Positions 1 to 11,400 of a stretch of DNA of 64,000 nt are shown here, piece by piece (position 1 is the first letter of the stretch; every line of letters starts with the position of its first letter). The stretch is from Podarcis liolepis (lineage: Eukaryota). The DNA lies in NCBI GenBank assembly GCA_965112155.1, contig OZ218100.1. One strand, given 5' to 3'. Under the pieces are notes generated by a model, which saw only the letters and a program-made list of their open reading frames with translations, did not search any database and was not told the origin of the DNA. The position numbers and the translations under genes are program-made.

Positions 1-288
1 CCCTCCCTCCTCCTCAGCTCCACCCCCTCCTCCTGGCTGTAAAGCAAGCATGAGTGCATTCGCTCTGTAACACGCACAGGCATTTTCCCTTCCTTTCTAG
101 GAGCAAAAAACCTCCTCCTCCTCCCGGCTTTGCTGCTGCTGCTGCTGCGCGGCTCTTTTCCTCCACCGACGGCGCGCTGCGCCTTGGAGAGGTTCCCGCT
201 TCCTCGAGGGGGGCTGGCCAAACGCGCTCCCCAAAATGTTGCGCCCGGTGCCGCCGGCACCCCTGGCACCCCCCACGCTACGCCACTG
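1..288. mobile_element. End of a GC-rich non-autonomous DNA transposon (hAT-like)
   Basis: Ends in ...cgctacgccactg, the reverse complement of a CAGTGGCGTAGCG terminus; truncated by the window edge. Confidence 0.45.
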
Positions 289-1042
289 GGTAGCCTGTAA
301 AGCCTGCCCTGCTCTGATCCTGTGAACCTTTTGCATGGGTCACCCTGGAGATCACAACCCCTAATATTCAAAGAACTACTCCAGGATCTTTTGTTTCACT
401 TATTCATTTTATTTAATTAAAAATATTTATATACTGTTTTAGATTTAAAAAAAATCAAAAGCAGTACACAACAGAACATTGCAAAAGAATGGCAAAAGAC
501 AGTAGATCTATCTGAAAACAGTAAAACATTACTGCATATGCAAGCCAATCCATTAGTTCTGTGTGCAGGCAACATTACTGATCAGGGAATGCCTTTTTTT
601 TTATTCTAAGCCTACAGTGCCTCTTAAACAATCACATTGTGCTTTTCAGATCATAGTCAATGGATTGCTCTGCTCTGAGACAGTCCCATAATGACCACAG
701 GAGGCTTTGAACTTCTGAGGTGACCCCGAGTCAGTCTTAGCACAGTCTTGGGTTCTTCCAACACGGCACCAGAGACTGCCTCCATCAGGGAGCTCACTGG
801 GCAGGAGGGTGGGTGATATACCAAAAGCATCTTCAGCCTGTCTCCACGGCACCATGCCAAATGCAAGTCCTTTAGCGTGGCTCCTAGTGTGAGAACCAGT
901 TCTATGAACTATGACAATGCCTTCTCCTGACCCTCTGGCCTGGATTGGTGTTGCCGAGAGCATCCAGGCAGGCAGAGCTGAATCAGGTTAGTCCCATCCA
1001 GCTCCCACCTCTTTACATTGGACATTGTCCAACTATGAAATG

Positions 1043-1132
1043 CATAGCTGTCAACGTTTCCCTTTTTTAAAGGGAAATTCCCTTATTCCGAATAGGATTC
1101 CTCGCAAGAAAAGGGACAAGTTGACAGCTATG
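1043..1132. mobile_element. ~90-bp hAT-type MITE
   Basis: TIR CATAGCTGTCAAC/GTTGACAGCTATG; 8-bp TSD atgaaatg/atggaatg; further copies at 44025 and 53637. Confidence 0.75.
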
Positions 1133-1380
1133 ATGGAATGTGCTACCACAAGATGTGGTGATGGCAAGAATTCAGTTGGCTTTAAAAGGACATCAGACAA
1201 GTTCATAGAGAACAAGGCTCTTAGTCACAATGGTTATCAGGATCAGGGGCAACAATGGAATCCCATTTGATGGATAACAAGAGCAGAAGAGGGCTGCTGC
1301 TGGACTTCCCATGGGGGCTTCAGAGGCCATTGTGGGAAACCACATGCTGGACTAGAGAGACAAGAACTCTTCTTATGTTT
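1133..1380 (+). mobile_element. Old CR1 LINE 3'-end relic
   Basis: caagatgtggtgatggc...ggctttaaaagg...gacaagttcatagag...tgctggactaga...cttatgtt resembles a squamate CR1 3' end; paralogous copy at 17825-18070. Confidence 0.6.
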
Positions 1381-1440
1381 CATAGGCCCTGGGGCTCCAA
1401 ACGTCAAAGGGTAAGGTTTGAATTCCAGGAACACCAAGTT

Positions 1441-1680
1441 AAAGCATCTAAAGCAAAGCTTTCATGTAAGGGTGTGGTCCCAGAAGTTCATACCCTCCTA
1501 GTGTGTAAAGGTTTAAGCAAACCTAGTCAGACAAATAGATAGTTCTCTGGCCCCACCCTCACTGGGCAGCTTCCAGCATAATTAAAGCATGCTTTTATGT
1601 AAGGGTCTGGTCACAGCTGTTCATATACTCCTAGTATGCCATAGTTTAAGAAAAACTCAGTGAAGGCAATCAGATAGCTC
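1441..1680 (+). promoter_or_regulatory. Tandem pair of candidate composite enhancer modules upstream of gene 1
   Basis: TTCATGTAA/TTATGTAA + TGGTCC-n4-AGTTCA (1475-1490) and TGGTCA-n4-TGTTCA (1608-1623) + TAAGCAAAC; homologs upstream of genes 2 and 3. Confidence 0.45.
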
Positions 1681-1928
1681 TGAAACCAGCTTGCTTATGG
1701 GGTGAAGGTCATCAATTGCCTTATTCCGTGCTACTCTTTGCACTCTCATTGTTTACCCTATTGTAAAATGCTCTCGGGACATATTGTCCCAGTTACCTGT
1801 GCTCACAGCAACACTTTGACCTATGTTTCTACTACCCTCTAAGGGGAGAAAATGGGCAGGTATTACTGTTTCCCAGCAATTGCTATTCTGAGTTACAGTA
1901 TGCTACCTCTCTTACTGGATATAATATA

Positions 1929-2140
1929 CAGTGGTACCTTGGTTCTCAAACTTAAACTGTTCCAGGAGTCCATTTGACTCTCAAAACCATTTGAAAAGAA
2001 GGTGCAGCTTCCATTTGGCTGCAGGTGCTTCCAGAACATCCGAAAAACATTTGCAAACCAAAACACTTACTTCTGGGTTTGTGGCATACGGGAGCCGATT
2101 TGTTCGACAGCTAAGCCGTTTGGGAACTAAGGTACCACTG
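1929..2140. mobile_element. pogo/Tigger-like (Tc1/mariner) MITE
   Basis: TA-flanked TIR CAGTGGTACCT...AGGTACCACTG. Confidence 0.75.
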
Positions 2141-2223
2141 TATAGCCATTCATGACTAGTAGCCATACATGAAAGAAAGTGATCTTTCAAGTAACATGAT
2201 CACAGGCCACAAAGACTTTAAAG

Positions 2224-2524
2224 GAGGGGTCGGCAACCTGCAGCCCATGGGCCACAAGCAGCCCACGGGGGTCGTTTAAATGGCCCACGAGCCACTGCCA
2301 AATCGAGCTGCCTGCTCGGCGAGTCCCCACACGCTGCACTAAACTGGCACAGCGCAGCGCGGGGACTTGCTTCCATGGCACCGGAAATCGTATCTGCACA
2401 TGCATAGATGCCAAAAATCACATCTGCGCATTCGCATTCGCACATGCGCAGACGCGATCCGGCCCACAGAGCAATCTCCGCGGGAGTGAACCAGCCCAGG
2501 CAAGGTAAACTTTGCCAACCCCTG
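2224..2524. mobile_element. hAT-type MITE
   Basis: TIR (C/G)AGGGGTCGGCAA...TTGCCAACCCCTG; 8-bp TSD ctttaaag/ccttaaag. Confidence 0.75.
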
Positions 2525-2673
2525 CCTTAAAGGGTCCTAACCCTTTAACTGGGTCCTTATTTATTTATTAAATTTGTATACCACTCTTCATCCGAAGATC
2601 ACAGGGCAATTCACAACATAAAAATACAAATATATGGTCAAGGAGCCAGTCTACCTGACAAAGGAGTGGTGTA

Positions 2674-2888
2674 CAGTGGTACCTCAGGTTACAGATGCTT
2701 CAAGTTACAGACTCCACTAACCTAGAAATAGTACCTTGGGTTAAGAACTTTGCTTCAGGATGAGAACAGAAATTGCATGGCGGCGGGGGGAGGCCCCATT
2801 AGCTAAAGTGGTGTCTCAGGTTAAGAACAGTTTCAGGTTAAGAACGGACCTCCAGAACAAATTAATTTTTTAACCCGAGGTACCACTG
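2674..2888 (+). mobile_element. pogo/Tigger-like MITE (multicopy family)
   Basis: TA-flanked CAGTGGTACCTC TIRs; internal caggttaagaac repeats; same family at 10691, 19399, 51259 and 59333. Confidence 0.8.
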
Positions 2889-4215
2889 TAATATGATCCA
2901 ACTGCATAGTTGCAGTCAGTTATCTTGTGGCTCCATTTTGGATCAACAGCAAAATCTGGGCTGTTTCTCTTTTTAAAGGCAGAATGACACACAGCAAAAC
3001 ATTGCAATAGTCTGAATGGGAGGTTTCCAGCGCATGGGTGACTATGACCCAACTATCTCCATCCAGGTAAGGTTGCTGAACTTGATAGAAAGAAACTGCA
3101 AAGGCCTCTTGAACCTCCAGTGACGATGCTGGATCAATAACTGACCCCAGACTGTGAACCTGATCCTTTAGAAGGAGCGCAACCTCTACGGAGAACTTGG
3201 GTCTAAGAGTAACCTACTGAAAGCACCTTCGTCTTATCTGGATCAAGTCTATTCACCCTTATCCAGCCCATGCTTCAGTACACCCACAGCCTTCCCTGCA
3301 GCTGATGGAAAACAGAGGGAAAGCCAAGAGTAGACCACATAATGGTGACACCTCCACCCACATCTCCAGATGACCTCTCCTGGGAGTTCCCTGTAGATCA
3401 GTGGTGGGGAACCTCAGGCCCATAGGCCAAATGTGGCCTTCTATGTGGAATTCCTCTGCAACTGGTATTTCTCCCTTCACATCCCAAATAATCAAAATCC
3501 TAGCATTTATTAATTTCTAGGGTTTGGGGGTGTGTGTGTACCCCTAATCTAGAACAGTATAATGGAAGAGGACACTCACTCTCACACACCCCTTAAGTAA
3601 AGTAGGTGCAAACTCTGCTGAAATCTCTTCATCTTCCTGAGAAAGAGGCAGGGGGAGGGGAAACAGCTCCTCTTGCATTATCCAGAAAGCTGAGGGCAGG
3701 ATTCTGCCCAGCATAATGAAAATCAATAGATTGCGTGAGAAGAGTTTCATGAAAGCAGTTTCACTCCCAGTAATGTGCGTGCTTCTGTCCAATTTGGAGT
3801 TCCAGATGTTGAAATCTCAGCTTAGAATTTGACTTCTAACTCCTCCTTGTGGGTGGAAGCAAGGAAAACTGCCTTCTTCTATTCGCATGTTTCCAGGGAA
3901 TACACCCCTCCTCCCTCTCCTTCTGGCCAATTTTCTCTCTCAGAAACAAACATTTCTTAGTGTCCTGGCTCAGCACAAATTGGCCGCACCTTCGCTAAAT
4001 GCTGTGCAGGCTGGAAGAAAAAGGTCAGAGTCCTTTCTTGCACTCCAAACACTAACTCAGAGTTAATCTGTAACCAGTTCTATTCTTCAAGGCAGGCACA
4101 GCAACTTATTCTTTAGCACGTGACTAGACGATGGATCTATAATTATATTTTTTTTATTTCACCATTGGCCAAGATCTCAGTCTGCCTGTGCACTAGTCTC
4201 CTATCCTGCACACTC

Positions 4216-4411
4216 ATGTCTCAGGAAGGATTGAAGGAAATTATGGACAAGAAGTTGGAAGAAGCTGGAAAGGCTGCTCCTGAAGACCAGTTGTTTATGC
4301 ATGATGGGGGTTTATATCCTAGCATAGTCTGTTGTCCAGACACAATGAAAATTCTTGACACGTTTGAAGCTCGGAGTGATGATGTGGTATTAGTGGGATA
4401 CGCCAAAACTG
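4216..4411 (+). CDS. SULT6B1: SULT6B1-like gene 1, coding exon 1
   Basis: ATG at 4216; MSQEGLKEIMDKKL...FEARSDDVVLVGYAKT; donor G|GTGAGT. Confidence 0.9.
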
Positions 4412-5438
4412 GTGAGTATGCTCATCTTGCAAGAAATACTTGGAGTGTGTGTGTGTGAGAGAGAATACTACTACTACTACTACTACTACTAATAATAATA
4501 AGCATTTATATTATAATATTAAGGTTCTCATTATAATTAGCACCACATCCTTTTTTTAATCAGCAGAAACTTAGTTGTGAAACATTTAATGAGCTGTCTT
4601 GGTGAAAGTGCCTCAAAAGAAAAAGAAAAAAACACTTGTATTTAAGACAGGGGTCAGCAAACTTTTTCAGCAGGGGGCTGATCCACTGTCCCTCAGACCT
4701 TGTGGCGGGGGGCTGGACTATATTTTTTTTCAGGGGGGGGGGAGAATGAATTCCTATGCCCCACAAATAACCCTGAGATGCATTTTAAATAAAAGGACAC
4801 ATTCTACTCATGTAAAAACACGCTGATTCATGGACCGCCCACAGGCTGGATTGAGAAGGCGATTGGGCCAGATCTGGCCCCCGGGCCTTAGTTTGCCTAC
4901 CCATGATTTAAGAGAAGGGGTGGGGGGGTGGGGAGAAATACAGGGCCTGCAAAATGAGATTTTGCTATTTATGACTTTAAAAACCTCCTACATGTTAAAT
5001 GATATGAATTAATAAGCATGAAAATAAAAATGCCGAGTTCTATAAGCATTACAATGAGATGCAGCATAGGTGTGTGGGGGGGCATTATCCATCCTGATCA
5101 TGTCCTTGCATGCATACTGTTACACCCCAATCTCTGAGCAGTGTGAGATTCCAGGGGTTCCAGGCGCTTACCCAGGGTTCGTGTTTGTTTTGTTTCAATC
5201 TCAGTCTCAAACCTTTTATTGGCTATAGACAAAATCCCGAAGGGTTCAGTACAATAAAATTATTCTGCCCTGCTCAGCTCCATCACAACTTTACTTCTTG
5301 CAAAGCCCGTGGACCTAGAGAAACAGAGATATACAGGAAAACATAGATCTATAAAGGCAGAATTCAGAGGAACAGAGTGACAGTGGTGAAATAAAAAAAT
5401 TAAGCCCCAAAGGGGGGATTGAAATAAAAAAATTAAGG

Positions 5439-5487
<49 letters not shown>

Positions 5488-8400
5488 ATAAATGTTCATA
5501 AATGTTCATAAATGTACCAACCAAGCACATACATAGATATGTGGACCACATGTCTGGAGCAGCACAGGAAGACCGCCCTGAAACCATTTTGAGTCCCAAA
5601 CTGACCAAATGTTTTCTCTGCAAGGAGAGAGGGGGTGAGGGAACCTTCCCATTGTCTCAGGAAGTGGGTAATCACCATCTCAAAGGAATGGCCAGACTAC
5701 CAGGAAAGGCAATCAGATAAGGCATTATCAGATAACCTGGCAGACAGGGAAAACAACATTCAATTTTTTGTTGTAGACCACCTTTTCTGTGATGTATGTA
5801 TGCTGTATGGTGGGGTGGTCTTGAGCACCAGGGAAGGCAATTTAAAATGTCTATGTAAGGGCAGGCACACCTTGGTTCTGGGTCCTCCTCCTTACCTGCG
5901 TGTGAGGAAGGCACTCTGTTGCAACAGTTCAATAAAGATCAGGCTTACTAGCTGCTTTGCTTCTCAATATTCTCTGGTTGACCTCTGTTATTTTCTCCTA
6001 CTGATGGAGAACCTACAACGGACTCTATAAGGGCTCTTGTGTCCCCCATAAAGGAATAAGGGCAGATTTTGTTTATTACAGAGGGGACCCTGATCTGAAT
6101 TGGGAGAGGTTAATGGACATCATTCTTAAGTTAGGTCTAGGGGAAAGAACCAGTCAGCCTCATTATCACCCCTGCAAAAACACACACACACACAAAAACA
6201 AAACCCAATGCAAACTACTGCACATGTATGGTCTTATCTATGTTGTAAAAGGTAAAGTAAAAGGACCCCTGACAGTTAAGTCAAGTCACATACGACTCTG
6301 GGATTGCGGCGCTCATCTCGCTTTACAGGCTGAGGGAGCCGGCATTTGTCCACAGACAGTTTTTATGGGTCATGTGGCCAGCATAACTAAGCCGCTTCTA
6401 GCGCAATGGAATACCGAAACCAGAGCAGCGCACGGAAACTCCTTTTACCTTCCTGCTGGAGCAGTACCTATTTGTCTACTTGCACTTTTTGGGGTGCTTG
6501 GCAGGAGGTTGGCATGAGCTGGGACTGAGCAACGGGAGCTCATCCCACTGCAGGGATTCGAACAGCCGACCTTCCGATCAGCAAGCCCAAGAGGCTCAGT
6601 GGTTTAGACGACACTGCCACATGCGTCCCCATAGCACCACCTGCTATGCTGTATTCGTCTGCAAAACAAAACAACCTACCCCTTTTGGAGTCTCCCTGAA
6701 CATTCAATTTGATTGTACGCGGGTGGCACTGTGAGTTAAACCACAGAGCCTAGGGCTTGCAGATCAGAAGGTCAGCAGTTAGAATCCCCACGACAGAGTG
6801 AGCTCCCATTGCTCGGTCCCTGCTCCTACCAACCTAGAAGTTTGAAAGCACGTCAAAGTGCAAGTAGATAAATAGGTACCACACCGGCGGGAAGGTAAAC
6901 GGAGTTTCCATGCGCTGCTCTGGTTTGCCAGAAGCGGCTTAGTCATGCTGGCCACATGACGCAGAAGCTGTATGCTGGCTCCCTCGGCCAATAAAGTGAG
7001 ATGAGTGCCGCAACCCCAGAGTCGTCCGGGACTGGACCTAATGGTCAGGGGTCCCTTTACCTTTACTATTCTTTAACCTATATGCACACCACAACTACAT
7101 TCAAATTCCATGGTTATGAATTTCGTTTCTGAAGATCCTTTGGCTGTGCAATAGTGATGCAAGGCCTATGTTACAGCAGGTATGAGGAGTCTCTTTCTGT
7201 GTTTTCTAACAGTTCTTTGGCATTCCTTCAGGTACTCACTGGGTTGGCCAGATTTTAAAAGAGTTGGAAGCTGCATCTGGAAAATACGATGAAGAAGAAA
7301 TGAAGCGGAGGCAGCAAATAGAGAAAGAACTAAAATTAATGCCATACCTTGAATTTGGAGATCCCGGGAAGTTTGAGGTCAGTATTGGCGAGAATAGTGC
7401 ATAGCTTGATGCATTTGAATGACATGAGAGATACCACATGGTCTTCTCCAGCCTCCAGAAATATGCAGTCAGTGTGATGAGTTAGTGCCATTGGGGTGGG
7501 TAGAGAGAACACATTGGTGTGGCTGGCTTCCCAGCTTTGAATTCAGTTTCTCCGTGCCAAAGCTCAACTCAGAACCTCTTCTGGGCATTTGTTTGGATGA
7601 GCTTGTAGAAGCCAGAGACAAAAACAAGTGACTTCAGCTGTGCCTTGTCTGGCTTCCTAATATTTAAGGCTGCAATCCTAACCCGATTTACCAGGGAGTG
7701 AACTCCAATGAATTCAATAAGACTTACTTCTGCATAGAAATGGTTACATTCAGAGTTATGTGAAGCAGCTCTCAATGTGTCAAACCTGCTGTGGATTATT
7801 CCTATAGTACAATCAAACCACCTTGCTATTTTTCACACAAAGGAATGTTAACATTTCACTTTTTTTCTAACATGTTACTAAAGAGGTTGAAGAAGTTACC
7901 TTCCAGAAGAGTGATAAAAACACATCTCATTCCTCAAAAGATTCCCAAATCTATTTTCCAAAAGAAGGCAAAGGTAAGTTCACTGCTTAAAGTTTCCTCC
8001 ATCCATCCATCCATCCATCCATCCAACCATTTAGAATATTTATATACCACTTTTCATGAAAAATTCATCAAATTGGCTTACATACCAAAATATGGCAATG
8101 AACAAACTCTTGTTTCAGATTCTGGTCAGAATAAACTTTAGGTTTGTTTCATTTTTACAATGGAAAACTGTTTTATTCAAAACCAAGGGCAGAAGTTTTC
8201 AGTCTCCTTGTATAAGAGGGAGAAGAGAGCAGAGGTGCAGCCCATGAGTCTAAGGTTTGCTTTTAAAAAATAATGCTAAAGAATACCTTAGCATCATGCC
8301 CAGCCACTGAATGGTTGCATTCTGCATGGCAGAAGTTTTTCAGGGTCTCAAGCAGAGGCTTTTGCCATCTAAGGATGGCTTTCTGCTAAGGAGTCCCATC

Positions 8401-11400
8401 AGCCAAAGGATTTGCACTTGTTCAAAAAGTCTTTGCCTCTCTCTGTACATGCCCCATGTCCTCTCCAAATCTGCTCCAAAGGGTTGGGGGGAAACTCCAG
8501 AGTAGTTTAAGGGGGAGTACAAGGAAAGGAGAAGGTGAGGCCTTCTGTTGCACAAGCAGAAATCCTTGTGCTGATGGAACAGTGGCTTTGGGGCTACATT
8601 GGATTCCACCCTGATGCTGTAATCCTGTACAATTCTTACCTGGGATTCTGAGGAATTGACTTCCATGTTCAGCGAACAATTTCTAACAATGAGCTAGGAG
8701 CTCATCTCATTATTATTATTTTTTAAGGGGTTTGTCCCCTTGTTTTATACTCTTTCTCTAAACTTCGTCATATTAATTCATGGCCAAATACACGAATATT
8801 TTCATACTACGGATTAAAGAAAAAGTTTAGATGATTTATGTTTTTGGTGTTATGGGTATGAACTTTGTCCCTCTAGTTTTGCATATCTGTTCTGCCTCTT
8901 TCTGTTTTGAAGATCCTGGTTTTGTTTCGAAACCCGAAAGACACGGCTGTATCCTACTTCCATTTTTCCAAAGGCATGAGCATCGTCCCTGATCAGAAAC
9001 CCTGGGATGAGTTCTTCTCAGAATTTATGAATGGAATAGGTATGTGCCTCTTCCATTCAGCCTATTAAATTCTAGACTAGGTACAACAGAAATATGAATT
9101 TGTAAGAAGAAGAAGAAAAGGTCATGTTGCTCTAAATCAGGGTTTCCCAACTTTTCCCTGACCGTGGCCCCCTTCCAACCTTGTTTCCTTCCTGTGGAAA
9201 TGTTTTGTTTAAATGTTTTGTTTCTAAATAGAACATGTTTTATTTTAAATTTATACAAAATAAAATTACATAAAATGAAAGGAACTTAATGAAATTTTAC
9301 TGAAGGGGAAAAATCATAGAGCTGGAAGGAACGACAAGGGTCATCTTTCTACTGCAACCCCCTGCAATGTAGGAAACTCAGCTAAAGCATGCATGACAGA
9401 TGGCTATCCAACCTCTGCTTTGAAACCTCCAAGGAAGGAAAGTCCAGATCCTCCCAAGGGAGATCCATCTTCCATGTATTATAAAACGCAAACAACACTT
9501 ATTTGACCCCAGTTATTTGATACAGAGGGGAAAACATCTGTAAGCATATCCTCCAACATTTCTCCAATGAAAATAGGGACGCCCTCTTCCATAATAATAA
9601 TTTTACTATTTATACACCGCCCATCTGACTGGGTTGCCCTAGTCACACTGGGTGGCTTCCAACATATATAAAAACATAATAAAATGTTAAAAATTAAAAA
9701 ACCACCCAACCTTCCCTATACAGGGCTGCCTTCAGATGGCTAGGGGATTGGATAACTCCATACCCTTCAACATTTGGTGAAAATAGGGACGTCCTAAGGA
9801 AAAGCGGGGCATTCCGGCATCAAACCAGAAACTGGGATGACTTCTGTAAATCTGGGGCTGTCCCTGGAAAACAGGGACACTTGGAGGGTCTGCAAAAGGC
9901 TCACAGAGAGTTCTGTATATATGGGAGAATTTTAAAAAGCAGGTGGTCCTTACTGACCTGGTGCAAAAAGATCTTGTCATCCAGAGTAGCCCTGGCTGTC
10001 TAGATGAAACACTATAGCCCCCCACACTTTTACCTGGGAGTAAGGCCCACTGAACTCAGTGCGGCTTTCTTCTGAGAAGACACTTATTTACTAGCAAGTC
10101 AGCAGCACCAGAGGAGGCTAGGCGCTGGGGCTGCAGAGCCAGGCTGATGCTGTCAACGGGCCCTGTGCCCCTTGGCAACATCTGAAGGCCCTGATCTGAT
10201 TGGCGCTGAGGTGGATCGCACCCTGTGCCTTGCAGAATCAGGCCCAGGTTGCCACCTGGCCCAGCACTGGTGGCAGCTACAAGCAGTGGTCAGAACAGGT
10301 GCAATCGCGATCGTCCTCTCCTTCTGTAAGCAAACCAGGACTGCCCCAAGAAAATGCATGGGGCAAAAAGAAGTACTAGGTGGCCCCCTGGTGGGCTGCC
10401 CGCTTACCTGCTTGTGATTGGGCAAGTAGATAGCCAGCCAATCAGGATACACACACACACTTTTCTTTTTCACTTCCCTCTGTGCCCCCCCTTTACGTAA
10501 TTTTCACCTGTGCCCCCCTTGGAATATCCTGGGGGGACGGGACAGGGGGCCATATAGTGCCTGGTTGGGAAACACTGCTGTAAACTGTTTGGAGTTTCAC
10601 AAGTCTTCAGTAGAGCAGTTTTAGATTTGCAATTTTGCAAATACATTTTTTTTAAAGCACCAGAAATCTTGCATGGCATCATGAACAATACAGTGGTACC
10701 TCGGGTTACATACACTTCAGCTTACATACGCTTCAGGTTACAGACTCTGCTAACCCAGAAATAGTGCTTCAGGTTAAGAACTTTGCTTCAGGATGAGAAC
10801 AGAAATCGGGCTCCGGCGGCGTGGCAGCAGCAGGAGGCCCCATTAGCTAAAGTGGTGCTTCAGGTTAAGAACAGTTTCAGGTTAAGAACGGACCTCCGGA
10901 ACGAATTAAGTACTTAACCTGAGGTACAACTGTAAATGAATTTTTATACACCACACCTTTGCTGATTGGCTGACATATAGAATTTCAGTTTTGGAGAACA
11001 AGGCCAGACAATCTGCAATTTGTGTGGAAGCAGTCACCACAGGCAAAGCCAAAGTGGTCTAAGCTATGCATGGTGGTCTATACTTTCCAGAAAAGTGAAT
11101 AAAGTGAAAAGAATTACATTTGAACTAGCGCGTATAATAAATATTGGTGCACACAATGCACAGGCACATAAGTGAAGTGCATTTGAAAACTATTATTAAT
11201 TAATTAACCTCATGAATCATTGTAAAAGACATAACAGAGAGAACAGCTGGCCGTGAATTACAAGAAAACCAAAATAAAAAAAATCCTTCCTGTAGCACCT
11301 TAAAGACCAACTAAGTTAGTTCTTGGTATAAGCTTTCGTGTGCATGCACACTTCTTCAGATACACACTTCTTATCTGAAGAAGTGTGCATGCACACGAAA

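Noticed and set aside
4120-4215. N-terminal extension of gene 1 from GTG 4120 (likewise 21131 and 29887)
   Set aside because: Non-ATG starts from the ORF caller; homology to SULT6B1 begins at the downstream ATG.
10691-10932. CRISPR-like spaced repeats (cttcaggtta units)
   Set aside because: Internal repeats of a eukaryotic MITE; irregular spacing and no cas genes.
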